Below, in pieces: positions 11,491 through 23,879 of a stretch of 64,000 nt of DNA. The notes under the pieces were generated by a model that worked only from the letters and a program-made list of their open reading frames with translations, made no database searches and was not told the DNA's origin. Position numbers and translations under genes: made by a program. Within the stretch, counting starts at the first letter, position 1, and the number at the start of each line of letters is the position of its first letter. Origin of the DNA: Hyaloraphidium curvatum SAG 235-1 (taxonomy: Eukaryota > Fungi > Monoblepharomycota); the NCBI GenBank assembly GCA_025558095.1, contig JAIVFI010000025.1:496001-560000 (forward strand), given 5' to 3'.

Positions 11491-12942
11491 TCAGCACGTC
11501 GCAATGCCCTGGGCAGGCGAACCCACAGCACCGGGCAGCCTCAGCGGCGGTGCCGTGAACAGGAACGCGGTGCGCTTGTTCGCCGCCAGGTACTCCGCCA
11601 GCGGAGTGAGGTAGAAGAACTCGCCGAGGTAAACGCCGAGCCTGAAGAGCGCGAGGTTGTGGATGCCCATGAATGCGTAGGGGCCGTTGGCGTCCGGCGG
11701 CGGGTCCGAGTACATGGCTTCGACGCCAATCTAAAGCGCGAGTGAGCGGTCATGGTCGCACCCAGACGGCCCATGGTATTGACGCACCGTGTCGGAAATG
11801 AGCGCGACAAGACCCGAGTTGGTGATCCACTTGTGCAGCTCCTTGTCGCGGCCGTCGAGGCCCGCGTTCACCAGGGCAAACTCTTCGTCCGTCAGGTCTC
11901 CCTTCTTGTCGACGAGCACCTGAGCACACGAATGGTTAGCGAGAGAACCTGTCGTGCTCTCCAGTGCACGGACCTGGCCGCACCCATGATGGAACAGCAC
12001 AAAGTCGCCCTTGCGAACATCGATCCCATCCTTCTCCATCATCTCCTTGACCTCCTTCCATCCGACGACCTTGCCCGGTCCGTAGTGGCGGTGAACGTCA
12101 AAGAGGACGCCACGGCCCTGGACAACGTGCTCGGCCATGTTTTCCACTCCGAGCTTCTTGGCGCCACCAAAGGTCGGGTGCTCCTTGACAACGTCGCCGG
12201 AGCCGTCAGGCGCGTAAGTCACGGGGCCGAGGATGTCCTTGTCGCCTTGGTATCCATTGTCTGGAAACGTTTGTCAGCTAGACGTGCGGGTGATGGTGGC
12301 GGTCCCGAGCAACGCACAGTAGCACACCACGGGCTTGCCGTCACCGTTCACGTCAAACATGGCACCGACGTGGGCCAGCGTATCCCACTTGTTTGCGTCA
12401 GACGAATGCGCTGCCAGAAGACCAGTTGCGCACACACCTGCGTGCTGTACTGCAGCGTCAGCATCACGCGGTCGTCGCACACCACGTCGACAGCGTCCTT
12501 GGGCCAGCCCATCAGCGAGACCGGCGCATTGAAGAACGGCTTTCCGGTGGGGAACACGGTGGGCGAGAGCACGGGGGGCGGGCGCATGGGGAAGCGCGTG
12601 CCGCCGGGGAGGTCGAGCGGGAGCGAGAGGCAGAACGTCTTGCCCGTCTTGACCTCCTTGATGCCCTCGAGCACTTTCTCCGGCGTCACGAGGTTCAGCC
12701 GGCCGAGCTGGTCGTCCGCGCCAAAGTCGCCCCACTGGGGAAGCACGCAGCGCACGCGATGAGAAGCAGGCACAATTGCATGGTGAGCCGAATGCGTGAT
12801 TTTGGGCGTTTCGGAACTCACTGTCGAGCCAGCGGGCCGAACTTTGTAGCGCCCGTTGGCGGTGGGCGCGGCCTCGGACTGGCGGAACGCGCGCCGTCAG
12901 GGGCGCGATTCAGTCATCAGACGACAATGTCGCGACCTGCAT
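11491..12942 (-). CDS. Cyclase-family (kynurenine formamidase-like) metal-dependent hydrolase
   Basis: WGDFGADDQLGRLNL, QYSTQWDTLAH, GRGVLFD, LGEFFYL, FLFTAPPLRLPGAVGSP across about six introns. Confidence 0.85.
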
Positions 12943-13353
12943 GTTTCTGAAGGGTTCCCTGGAAAGAGCTGCGGGAGCGCGAGGGCACTGGAAAGATTCG
13001 CGGGAACGCGCGGGAGACAAGTGAGCCACCGCCGCCCACCACTTCGGCGCGTGTGGCAAGGAAAGGGCCAAAACGTGGCCGCCCCAGTACATACTGCAAA
13101 GGATGCAGATGTGCGGGTTTCGGAATAATCATTATGCATTGTCTTGTACTCTTGTCTCCTGCAACGACTGGTAGGTTCTTTCACAGGGACTAGCAAGGGA
13201 GGGTGGCGAACAGCGAACAGGCGTCCTTGCTGCTTTGGACCTTCCTCGCATCCAATGGCGAGGCCGGTTCGGATGTTTGCAGCATCGTTGCGAGCGGGCA
13301 AAGTCATTCTAATGTCGGAGTGAGATTGCGAAGGGCAAATAGACAATAGATCA

Positions 13354-14193
13354 TCACGTTGACGCGAAATCAGCGAGGTAGTCTGGTGGTTCGTCCACTG
13401 GTTCCTTCTCATCCTCCTTCTTGGCCGCTGCCGTGCCTGCCGTCGGGACCGTGTAGCCCGCCGCCCCCGCGATGGCCGAAAACGCCGACCACGCCGTCGA
13501 CGTCCAGCTACCGCCCGCCGACTCGCCGGACGCCTCCCCCGTCGAGGCCCTTTCGGCGGCCGCGGTCAAAACCACCTTGACCACGTCCTCAGCGGATCCG
13601 GAAGCCAAGACGAACTTCAAGCCACCGGGCACGTGCTCCACGTCCATCGTCGCTTCAACGTCCGCCTTGCCGGGCAGCGGAACCCGCAACGTCGCCTTTT
13701 CTCCGTCCCACGACCGGCCTTCTTTTAGCGGGGCGGAGAGAATCTTCCCCCGCATGTCCGCGCCGAAGAGTGAGGCGACAGTCGATAAGAAGAAACCCGC
13801 CGCTGGCCTGTCCGTGAGCTCCACGCCCGCGTGAGGCGCATCGGCCACAACGGTGATGACGCCCTTCGAGAGCGTAGCGTGCTTGAGCCTCGCGAGGCCC
13901 TTTACGGGCTTTCCGTCCAGCAGGCCCTTCACGAGGAACCCATCCTTGGCGGGATCGGTCCCCCCGACGCGTTCGATCCGCACATCGCACAGTCCCGACC
14001 CATCGGGCTCCTTCCCCGTCACGTGATCCACGAAGATGGCCAGTTGGACCAGCGCCGCGTCGGAGACGAACAGGGATACTGGGGGCTCGAATCTGACGTG
14101 CGCGGAGATCGCGTCCAAAGCTGTCCGCGCCAGCTGCGACGCGGCTGACGCGGCGAGCTGCCATATTCCGGCTCCGGTTTCAGCTGACGCCAT
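13354..14193 (-). CDS. Hypothetical protein
   Basis: Long ORF with coding-like composition; no recognised motif. Confidence 0.6.
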   Translation of the reverse strand: MASAETGAGIWQLAASAASQLARTALDAISAHVRFEPPVSLFVSDAALVQLAIFVDHVTGKEPDGSGLCDVRIERVGGTDPAKDGFLVKGLLDGKPVKGLARLKHATLSKGVITVVADAPHAGVELTDRPAAGFFLSTVASLFGADMRGKILSAPLKEGRSWDGEKATLRVPLPGKADVEATMDVEHVPGGLKFVLASGSAEDVVKVVLTAAAERASTGEASGESAGGSWTSTAWSAFSAIAGAAGYTVPTAGTAAAKKEDEKEPVDEPPDYLADFAST

Positions 14194-14342
14194 CCTCCGG
14201 ACGCGATGCGCTGCGTTCTTGTCTGCGATTGTCTCCTGGGCCGACGGTTCAAGGCGCGACGCGCATGTGGCGCCTGATCGCGCCGTCGAAACCAATCTTC
14301 CGCCCCCGAGCGTCTCCCACCGTTGCCTTGACTCCCGCGAAG

Positions 14343-16134
14343 ATGGCGCGCTACGAATCCCCCGAGTTTGCCGAGCTCGACATGCTCGAGGCGATCGACT
14401 CGCTCCTCGCCCGCGAGCGCGGCGACGACGCGCCGTTCCTGCCCCCCGCCGAGACTGTCCCCGACGCGCCCGCTGTCGCCCGCATCATGCAGCTGCACCG
14501 CCAGTTGATCGAGGAAGGCGGTGACGTGCCGCTCGCGCACAACTCGACGGTGTCGCCGTCGGGGACTGTCAGCGAGGTCGGCGAGAGCTCGCTCCAGTTC
14601 GAGATCCCGGACAAGCTCAAGCCGCTGCGCGAGAAGGTTCGGCACCGCGTTCCTGGCCATGAGCGCTTTCTAAAGGCGGATCGTTGTTTCCAGGTCCTCA
14701 AATTCATGGAGGAGCACGTGTATCCCCTCGAGCACGCCCTCCACGACGAGAACAGCGGTCTCACGCCTGCCCAGCGCTGGGAAAAGATACGGGCGGCGCA
14801 GGCCGAAGCCAAGAAGCAGGATTTGTGGGCCATCGGCCACCCCGTCGAGCTGGGCGGCAAGGGGCTCGGCTTCATGGTGTGCTGCGAGTTTCCCGAGGCC
14901 CTTATTGAGATACTGATCCCGCAACGCGCACCAGGACTACATCTTCGTAAACGAAGTCCAGGGCCGCTCGCAGCTCGGCCAGCTCTGCCTGGGCACCTAC
15001 TCCCTCCAGGACTCGCTTATGATGTACCGCCACGGCACCGAGGACCAGAAGCGCCGCTACCTCGCCCGCATCGTCGCCGGCGACATCCGGCCCAGCTTCG
15101 CCATGACCGAGCCCGACGTGTCGTCGTCGGACCCGACGCAGCTCAAGACCACCGCCGTGCTGCAGGGAGACCAGTGGGTGATCAACGGGCGCAAGTGGTT
15201 CACCAGCGGTGCCTCGTCCGCCGAGTAGTGAGTGTTCAGCTAGATCGCTGCTGGTGGCGACGATATGACAGGTTGCGCAGCACGGTGGCCATGATCAGGA
15301 CCGAATACGACGCACCCGTGCACGCCAGCTTCTCCATGATCCTCGTGCCCAGTGAGTGGACGTTAGTGGACCGTAGGCTCCCTTGCTCATGCCTGAATGG
15401 CGCAGCCAACACTCCCGGCTACAAGATCGTCGCTGACCCGGCCGTGCTGGGCATTCACGGCAACCGTGCGTGTTCCGCCCGGCCTCTTCTGCCTGATCCG
15501 TACTGACGGCGTTTGCGTCAGACGCCGAGGTCGTGTACGACAACGTCAGGGTCCCGAAGGAGAACCTGCTCGGCCCCCGCGGGCAGGGCTTCCTCATCGC
15601 GCAGGAGCGCCTCGGCCCCGGCCGCATCTTCCACTGCATGCGCTGGCTCGGCCAGATGCAGCGCGCCTTCGACCTCATGTGCAAGCGCCTCATCACCCGC
15701 GAGATCAAGGGCGCCCAGCTGCTCGGCAGCACGCAGCTGATGCAGAAGCACGTGTTCGACAGCTACTGCGACATCCAGTCCTCGCGGCTCATGACCCTCC
15801 ACGCCGCGAGCAAGATCGACAAGGGCGACTACGCCCGCGTCGAGATCGCGGCGATCAAGGTGTTTGGCGCGCACGCGCTCCACAGGGTCGTGGACCGCTG
15901 CGTCCAGGTATACGGCGCCGGCGGATTGACCGAGCGCTACGGGGTGAGTCGCGTTGCTTCCCGAGGCGTTTCGTCTGCTGATTGCTGCTTCTGCAGCCCA
16001 TCTCGACCATGTACCGCGAGGCCCGCTTCGGCAGGATCTACGACGGCCCGGACGAGACCCACATCATATCGTCCGCGCCGCGCATCCTGTCGGCTTACAC
16101 ACGCGGCAAGTCGTGGGATTTCGGCCTGAGGTGA
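14343..16134 (+). CDS. Acyl-CoA dehydrogenase
   Basis: FAMTEPDVSSSD, INGRKWFTSG, AQERLGPGRIFHCMR, RIYDGPDETH motifs across multiple introns; possible upstream start at 14265. Confidence 0.92.
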
Positions 16135-16288
16135 TCGAGTCCGGTGGGAAAGGCAGGCATTTGGAGAGCCATGTATCTCGTCGTCGACGGGCGCAACATG
16201 ATGCCGGTCGTCTCGCTGTAAACGAGGTCGTGGGCGGCGGGACGATCGATCTGACTTCATCGCGACCTCTAATCAACCGCTTCATCGA

Positions 16289-17728
16289 TCACCGCAGCTT
16301 GGCGCCGACCAACGTCGGAGCGATCAGGGTCCCCTTCTCGGTCCTCAGCAGCTTCGCCTTGCCGCCGTCGTTGGGATCCAGGAACACCGCCTCCCTCCCC
16401 TCCGACGTGCGCAGGTGGGGCTGCACCGCCTCCCACCGCTTGTGCTTGGGGTTCAGCTGCGCATCCGGCTCCCCGGTGTACCCCTCCACCGTCACCCTGT
16501 CCCCCGGCGCCGATCCCTCGGGCGCCAGGACCAGCTCCACCGTCGCCCCGTCCTCGCTCTCGGCCGCGAGCAGCATCGCCTGCGACTCGACGCCGCGCAT
16601 CTTGGCGGGCTTGAGGTTGGCGATGACGACGATCTTTTTGCCGACGAGGAGGTCGGCGCTGGGGATGTACTTGACCAAACCGCTGCAGACCTGGCGCGGC
16701 TTGGCCTCGCCGATGTCCTTGGGCAAGAGGGTCAACAAGACGGGCGGGGGGAGGTCGTGTCGCGACCCACGATCTGTTCGACGTAGAGGCTGTCTGCGTC
16801 GGGGTGCTTCGCGGCCGAAAGGATCAGGCCGACGCGGAAGTCGATCTTGGACGGGTCGGCCGCGCCTACAAGAACCGGATGAGATGCAGGCGGGCAATCC
16901 TCCGATCAAAGACGCACCAGCGGGGAGCCCCGAGCTGGGCGGTGCCGCTCCCGATCCACCCGCCTCTGCTTTAGCGGGCTTGTCCTCCTTGGGCGCGGCC
17001 GAAGCCTTTTCCTTCTTGCCCTTCTTCTCCGCAGCGGCGGCCTCCGGTGCCTTGGCCTCCGCAGCGACCGCGGCCTCCTTCGCCTTGGCCGGAGCCGCCT
17101 CCTTTGCCTTGGCCGGCGCGGCGGCGGCCTCCTTCTTCTCCTTCTTCGCCTCGACCGCCGGCCTGTTCAGATCGATCGCCAGCAGCGGGAACGGAAGCTT
17201 CGCGGGGCTCTTGGCAAGCTGGTCGTGGAGGAGGTGCTGGGTGAGGTCGAAATGACGGGCGACGCGGTTGACTTGGAAACGCTGCTGCGTGCTCAAACGT
17301 TGCTGAGGAAAGGGCGCGTCATGCGTCCCGCCGCCTCCCAGTAGAGATGCAAATCATACCATGGTCGGTGCCACGGCCGCGTAGAGCGCGATGTCGGCCA
17401 GCGTGAGCGCCTGCGACGCGAGGAATGTCGCCATGACGAGCGCCGCGTTGAGCTCCTCCAGGACCCCGACAGCCGCTTCTCCCTCCTTGCCCGCGAGCCT
17501 CCGCGCGATCTGCCCGCTCAGCGAGAGCCACTGGTCGAGCTGCGGCGCGGCCTCGGGCGGCGGGAGGAGCAGCCCGGCTTCGCGCGCGATGTGCTTCGCG
17601 ATCGGGGCCGCACCGCGGATCTGCGCTCCGCCGAGGTCCAGGGACGGGACGTCGGAGGAAAGATTGACGTTGAAACGCGCCGAGTCGTCGCCGATGACGT
17701 TCAGGACGATGGCGAGGAGGGCATCCAT
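16289..17728 (-). CDS. ARC1: Arc1p-like aminoacyl-tRNA synthetase cofactor (GST-C domain, K/A/E linker, tRNA-binding OB domain)
   Basis: TLADIALY (GST-C); [30 protein letters not shown] (Trbp/EMAP-II domain). Confidence 0.85.
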
Positions 17729-17841
17729 TCTTTGTTTTGGTTCTCTGCTCAAAGGTGCCGCTCCTCGTCCTTGCCCGCCGCCATCTCCCCGAATCCGAAG
17801 AAGGTCTAGTGCAATGCGGCGGGCCAGAATGTGAAAACTTT

Positions 17842-19383
17842 CTACATAACCACCTTGGAATGCGACTTGGTTCCGGCGCCAGCATTCTTCTGCTCGTCCA
17901 GCTCGGCGAGCCGCTTCCGCAGCTCCTCCGCGATGATCCGCTGCCTCGCGTAAAAGTACTTCCACGCCGGGCTCTCCTTGTCAATCTCGCAGCCCATCGC
18001 GCCCCACACCTTGAGCTGGTACCTGAACCCGGCGTTCGGATGCGCGACCGGCCGGCGGCGGTGGATGTACCCGAGGGCCTCCTGGAAGTCGGCCGTGCCC
18101 TTGACGCCGGTCAGCAGCCGGGCCAGGAGGGGGGCGCGCTTGGAGAGCCACATGAGGTACGCGGTGGCGACCGTCGCGGAGCGCGAGATGCCCATCTGGG
18201 TCGAGAATCGATGGAGGTTAACGGCGGCGATCATTCGTGGTTGCGACGGCCATACCTGGCAATGTATCAGCACGACGGGGTAGTTCTCGCCCTCGGCGCC
18301 GAGAGAATCCGGCATGTCGGCAACCTTGTACGGCTTTTTCAAGAACTCCTCGACGTCGTTCTGCCACTCCGCATACTCCGAGATCGTGGCCGTGGTGTCG
18401 CTCGGAGCCAGGTCGGGTTTCCTCGCATCCAGCGATGCTTCGTCGTCCTCGTGGTCTGGTTCGTGGAGGATATCTTCGGCTGCCTTCCGGAGCGCCTCCA
18501 CGCCCGCCCCCGCAAGCTGCCCGCCCCAGGTATCGGGAGCCCGCTGCAGCTCCGGCCTGGCCGACGGCATCCCCCTATCCACGGCCGCAAGCACATCTGG
18601 GTCGGTGATTTCCACCGGGGGGGGCAGGATCTTGTCGGCGCTGTCGGGCACGCGGGTGATGACCTTGAACCCGCGCTGGATGTTGTCGAGCGCCGCACCG
18701 GGAACAAAAGCGATCGCGCGGGCTTCGTTGGCCACGAGGCCAGCGCCGTGGGAGAGGACGCCGCCCACGGCCCCCGGTACCTGCGCGATCGCCCCCGGTA
18801 CCGAGGCGATTGCGCCGGGCACGCTCGCGATGGCGCCCGGCACGGCGCCCAGCGCGCCCGTGACGGCTCCGGGGACCTGCGCAATCGCACCGGGGACGCT
18901 GGCGATGGCGCCCGGCACGCCGGCGATCGCGCTGAATGCGGCCTTTGGGGCGGCGGCCAGCATGCCCACGATCCTGCTACTCGTTCGCGGGGCTTTGGCG
19001 GGCCACTTGGCCGCCACGAAATGCTCCGCCAGGGCCTGGAAATACGGCCGCAGCGCGGCGTCGATGAACGAGTTCGCGCGTTCAAAGCCTTCGATCAGCA
19101 GGCACTCTGGCGAGTCCCACGCCTCGGGCACCGAGATCCAGCCCAGCGGCCGCCCCAGCGCCTTCTCCAGGGCGGCGACATCCGGCATGGTTTCCGGCTC
19201 CGCCGCTACCGTGAGGATGTGCGTCACGCGGCGCGCGCGCAGGAATTCCACCCCGCCAAAGGGGTCCGGGTCCGCGCACACGGCGTTGACGCAGCCGAGG
19301 AACAGGTGCGGGAAGAGCATGCTGCCCAGCTGGATGTCGCTGATGTCGGCGGGCCATTGCGGGTTCGCGTACGGGACCGGCAT
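17842..19383 (-). CDS. Dual-specificity protein phosphatase with large internal insertion
   Basis: LFLG, VTHILTV; HCQ|MGISRSATVATAYLM after removing a 60-nt intron; HPNAGFRYQL. Confidence 0.85.
   Translation of the reverse strand: MPVPYANPQWPADISDIQLGSMLFPHLFLGCVNAVCADPDPFGGVEFLRARRVTHILTVAAEPETMPDVAALEKALGRPLGWISVPEAWDSPECLLIEGFERANSFIDAALRPYFQALAEHFVAAKWPAKAPRTSSRIVGMLAAAPKAAFSAIAGVPGAIASVPGAIAQVPGAVTGALGAVPGAIASVPGAIASVPGAIAQVPGAVGGVLSHGAGLVANEARAIAFVPGAALDNIQRGFKVITRVPDSADKILPPPVEITDPDVLAAVDRGMPSARPELQRAPDTWGGQLAGAGVEALRKAAEDILHEPDHEDDEASLDARKPDLAPSDTTATISEYAEWQNDVEEFLKKPYKVADMPDSLGAEGENYPVVLIHCQVWPSQPRMIAAVNLHRFSTQMGISRSATVATAYLMWLSKRAPLLARLLTGVKGTADFQEALGYIHRRRPVAHPNAGFRYQLKVWGAMGCEIDKESPAWKYFYARQRIIAEELRKRLAELDEQKNAGAGTKSHSKVVM
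18766..18930 (-). repeat. Degenerate 21-nt coding repeat (GAIASVP heptads)
   Basis: AIAGVP-GAIASVP-GAIAQVP-GAVTGALGAVP-GAIASVP-GAIASVP-GAIAQVP in the translation. Confidence 0.9.
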
Positions 19384-19815
19384 CGCGTTGGGTTTGGCGC
19401 GGTGGGGAGCTGTCTTCGGGGTCCCGCGCGGTAGACCACGTGGACGCGGGAGGACCTCCTCTCACCCCTCAACGGCTCCAACCAAGCACCCCAGTCCACA
19501 TCCCCCCAATCCCGCTCCTCGTCGTCGCCCTCCTCCTCCGGGCCCAGCATCCCGAACCGCGCACTTCCAACGAGCAGAGATGGCGAAGCATGGTGGCCAG
19601 CAATCGCTAGCAATGACCACAGAGAGAACCGATGAGTTTTTTCCCAGGCTTCGGCGCGTGTCTTTGAACTTCCCCGCAACAGGCATCAATCGAACTTCCC
19701 ATCAAGCATCAGTTACGTGATACTGGTAACCTACAAGTGTTTCTCGTCTATAGTTACGCCCCCAAAGCAAATGCCCGGCATCTGGAATAGGTAGCGAGGG
19801 TTCGGTCCTTTGCGA

Positions 19816-20700
19816 CTACTCCTCGCCTCCCTCGTCGTCGAACGAGCCCAGATCGATGACCTCGCCGCCGTCGCCGCTGTCGCCGCCATCGCCACCGCTG
19901 CCGTCGTCGACGTAGTCGCCGCCGTCCTCGATGATCTCGGGCCCGTCCTCGGTCTCGCTGGGGTCGGTCGAGATCGAGCCGTCGCCGCCTGAAGAGCCGC
20001 CCGAAGAGCCGCCGGAGGAGCCGCCGGACGAGCCGCCGGCGGGCCAGCAGTCGGTGTAGAGCTTGCAGTAGCCGTCGAGGCAGCAGGGGCACTCGTTGCG
20101 GTTGGGGTTGGAGTCGAAGCACTGGGTGCCGCCGCCGGGCGGGAAGACGGGCGGGGGCGAGACGCCGCCGCCGCTCGGGGGCGGGGGCATGTTGCCGAAG
20201 CACTCGGCGTAGGGGCGGCAGGCGGCGTTGATGCAGCAGGGGCAGATGGCGCGGGAGGGGTCGGAGCCGGTGCAGGTGTCGCTGGAGCCGCCGCCGGCCG
20301 TCGGGGGCGGTGTGTTGCCGAAGCACTCTGCGTACGGGCGGCAGGCGGCGTTGATGCAGCACGGGCAGACTGCGCGGGCGGGGTCTGAGCCGGTGCAGGT
20401 CTGATCGCTGCCGCTGGGGAGGGGGGGAGGGGAGTCAGCGGTGCGGGGGGGGGCCCGGGGAGCGGCGACTCACATCACAACCAGGCCGGGGCGCGGGCCG
20501 TAGCACGCCTCGTACGGGCTGCACGCGGCGTCGAGGCAGCACAGGTCGGCGCAGCCGCCCTCGGCGCCCGAGGCCTCGCAGCGGGCGCCGAGCGCGAGGC
20601 CGGCGGGCGCGGCGGCCGCGGATCCGGCCATCGCGAGCACGGCGACCCCGAGCAGCGCGGCGACGAGGGCCGCGGGCAGGGCGCGGCGGGTGAAGGCCAT
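19816..20700 (-). CDS. Secreted protein with four 6-Cys modules and an acidic Gly/Asp tail
   Basis: Signal peptide; intron 20414-20473 joins in frame; repeats of C-x8/9-C-x1/3-CC-x4-C-x5-C. Confidence 0.85.
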
Positions 20701-21210
20701 GGCGGACCGCTGTGGAGCGAGATCCGTCGGGTGGAAGTGAGGGGGATGGAGTTGGGATTCAGACGCCGCTCCGCCTCAAACCAGCAAAAAAAAAAACCAG
20801 CCGCAGCAAAAATGAAGCCAACCACTCGTCCCTTTACGGAAGGCGCCTGAAATGCCCTTGCCCCGCGCCCACGGCCATCAATTTAGAGCGGGCAGGTAGC
20901 CCGGTTTTATCGATCAGGGTCCCCGAGGGCGATTACCTCGGATGTCGCCGGGAGTTGAGTTGGGGACCGAGTGAAGCTCCCATACGGTCGAGGCCCAAGT
21001 GTCCCTCACTTGTAAGAGGTGACTCGCCATAAGGACAGGTGCGATCCCTCTCGCGTCTCTATTCTATCGGGCGGTTGCCACCAACGGCTCCAGCGTGATC
21101 ATTCCCCCGTCCCTCTCGCGGCCAGTATAGCCGCAGCCAGTGTAGCCGCCTCGGTCGGCATCGTCAAAGCAACACGCTGTCGACTCCAGCTGGCGGCTCG
21201 TCGGCCGCCA

Positions 21211-22397
21211 TCACCGGCTCAGCGTGACCATCCCCGCATCCCCCCTCTCGGCCAGTATAGCCGCCTCCGCCAACCTCGTCAAAGCGTACATGCTGTCCAC
21301 CCTCGGCACATCCACCCCGACCTTTGCCGCCCGCCTAACCACCTCCCCCACGATCGCCTCCACTTCGCACTCCCTCCCCGCGATGAAATCCTGCGCCATC
21401 GAGGAGCGGAACTCCCCCGCCGCCGAGAGGAACTGGTCCACGGCCGGCTCCCCCGTAGGGATGCCTTTAGGGGGGAACCGGTTCACACCGAGGGCGGCGG
21501 TGGCGACCGCGTACACTTCGGAGAAGATGGAGAGGACGAGGCGCCGCCCGGATGGGTTCTCGCGCCGGCCGAGGGAGCCGCAGGTGCAGTTGCCCAGCGC
21601 CGTCGTGGGGTTGAAGGCGTTGTTCCCTTTGGAATGATTGATGTCAGTGAATGAAGGACGGCGGCGACGGCTTCCGCACCGGCAAGCTTGTTCCACACGA
21701 AGGGAAGCACGTCCGGCACGAAATCCGCCTTGACCCCGTTCTCCTTCCACCTCTCCGCGATCCACGCCAATCTTTCGCCCGTATCCGGGCGCACCTCGAA
21801 CTGCCCCGCTTCCAGATCACCCTCCCCCGTGTAGTTCCCGATCACCAGCGCGCCCTGATGGACGTGGCGGATGATCCCGGGCGCCTCCCTGTCCGCCGCG
21901 ACGTAGACCACCGCCGTCCCGATGGAAACCCCCGCGCCGAAGCGCAGGGCGGTGGTCCGTTCGTTCCCGATCCCGTTCTGCATGAACAGCACCGCCGTCC
22001 TGCCCGGCTCGACGGCGGGGGCCACCAGCTCGGCGGCGTCGTGGGAGGGCAGCGATTTCGTGGCCAGGAGGACGTAGTCCCACCCCGGGCCGGCCTCCTC
22101 GACCGAGGCAAACACGTGCTCGGGGCGGAAGGAGTAGTCCCCCAGAGATTTGGAGCGCACGAGGTATTCCCCGCCCCGTTCGCGAAGCGCGCCGAGGTCC
22201 GAGCGGGCGACGGCGGATACGCGCACGGAAGGGCCGAGGCGCGAGGCAAAAAAGACGCCGACGGCGCCGGCGCCGACTTGTAGGGAAGAAGGGCGTTAGA
22301 CGCGTGGGGCGTGCGATGCCGGGAGAGACGACTCACCGAGGAGGACGCGCTTGGGCGCGGAATCGGAGGATGCGAACGCCGCGGAGCCGCTCATCAT
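21211..22397 (-). CDS. Ketopantoate reductase (PanE/ApbA family)
   Basis: VLLVGAGAVG after splicing, LLATKS, MQNGIG, WNKL..N..FNP, SSMAQD...E.E. Confidence 0.9.
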
Positions 22398-22479
22398 CGT
22401 CGACGGAGCGGATCGGCAGTTCCTGACGAGTTCCAAATGCCGGGATGGGCACTCTCCGATGTTCCAAACGGCAGACGCA

Positions 22480-23820
22480 ATGTCAAGCGTCGATCGCGCG
22501 CCGCGCGAGCTCGCGGCGATCTTGGGCGGCAAACTCGACCCCCCTGCTCGCCCGATTCCAACCTCCGAGATGCGCAAATATGCCAGCGCCTTCCGCCCGG
22601 GCCTCATGGACGGCCACGTCGTCCTCGTCACAGGTCGGCCGCGGCGGAGGCACCGGAAGGAACCCGCTGATGTCTCCCACTCCCCGACGCGTCTCCAGGG
22701 GGCGGAACCGGCATCGGACGGACGAGTGGGTGGCTTCCAACGTTGCACCTGGGCATTACTTGACGCGGGTCGTGGTATGTACGGCAACCAGTCGCCCACG
22801 AACTCGCGTCCCTGGGCGCGACCGTCGTCGTCGCCGCGCGGCGCCTGGAGCAGCTCCAGAAGACGCAGAACGAGATCCGGGCCCTCGGGGGCAAGTGCGA
22901 CGCGGTGCAGCTCAACCTGAAGGAGGACGAGAGCTGCCAGGCCGCCGTGAAGACGGTCATCGAGCGGCACGGGAAGATCACGGGGCTCGTCAACAACGCG
23001 GGGTGCGTGGAGCGGAACTGGGGCCTGCTTTGGCTTACCGTGGTCCAGGGGACAATTTACGGCGCCGGCGGAAAAGATCAACGCCAAGGGCTTCAAAACC
23101 GTCGTCGAATTGAACCTTGTCGGGACGTACCAGATGATCAAGGCTGCGTTCCATCTCTACATGAAGGATCACGGGGGTTCGATCGTCAACATCCTCGCAA
23201 ACTACGAGGCGGGTTATGTTTGGTATTCCCACACTGCTGGTGAGTTGCTCAGCAGCCCGGAACCTGTTTCGTTTAGTTGCTGAACCTCCTTCAAGCCGCC
23301 CGCTCCGGCGTGGCCAACCTCTCCTTCTCCCTCGCCCAAGAATGGGCTCCCTACGGCATTCGCATCAACAACGTCGTCCCCGGCGTCATCCTCGGCGGCG
23401 GCATCGTCTCGGGGCACTACCCGAAGGAGGTGATCGAGAGCATGTTCGGGATGGAGACGACGATCCCGGCGGGCAGGTTCGGCACCGAATCCGAGATCGC
23501 GGCGGCCGTGACGTTCCTCCTTTCGCCCGTGGCGGGGTACATCAACGGCGCCGTGCTCAAGTGGGTCCTCCTGCCCCGGCTTCAGCAGGCCGCCGTGCTC
23601 ACCTCGACCGGACAGGGTCGACGGCGGCTACGCGTTCCGACAGCCGGTCAACAAGGTCTTCGGGGACCTCGAGGTGCGCGAGCCCAAGATCCCGGCGTTC
23701 ACGGGCTGGGGCGAGTCGGACGAGGACGTGGACGCCATGGGGTTCGCGCCGGTGTTCGCGGAGAAGTTCAAGCAGTACATGCGGATAGGCAAAGGGGACA
23801 AGGGGACGAGCAAGCTGTAG
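22480..23820 (+). CDS. Peroxisomal SDR (trans-2-enoyl-CoA or 2,4-dienoyl-CoA reductase-like)
   Basis: TGGGTGIG after splicing, LVNNAG, GIRINNVVPG; C-terminal PTS1 -SKL. Confidence 0.88.
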
Positions 23821-23879
23821 GAGGGGTACTCAATTCACGGTCCCGCGTTTTCGTTGCTCCCGTCTCTGCCGTGCTACAG

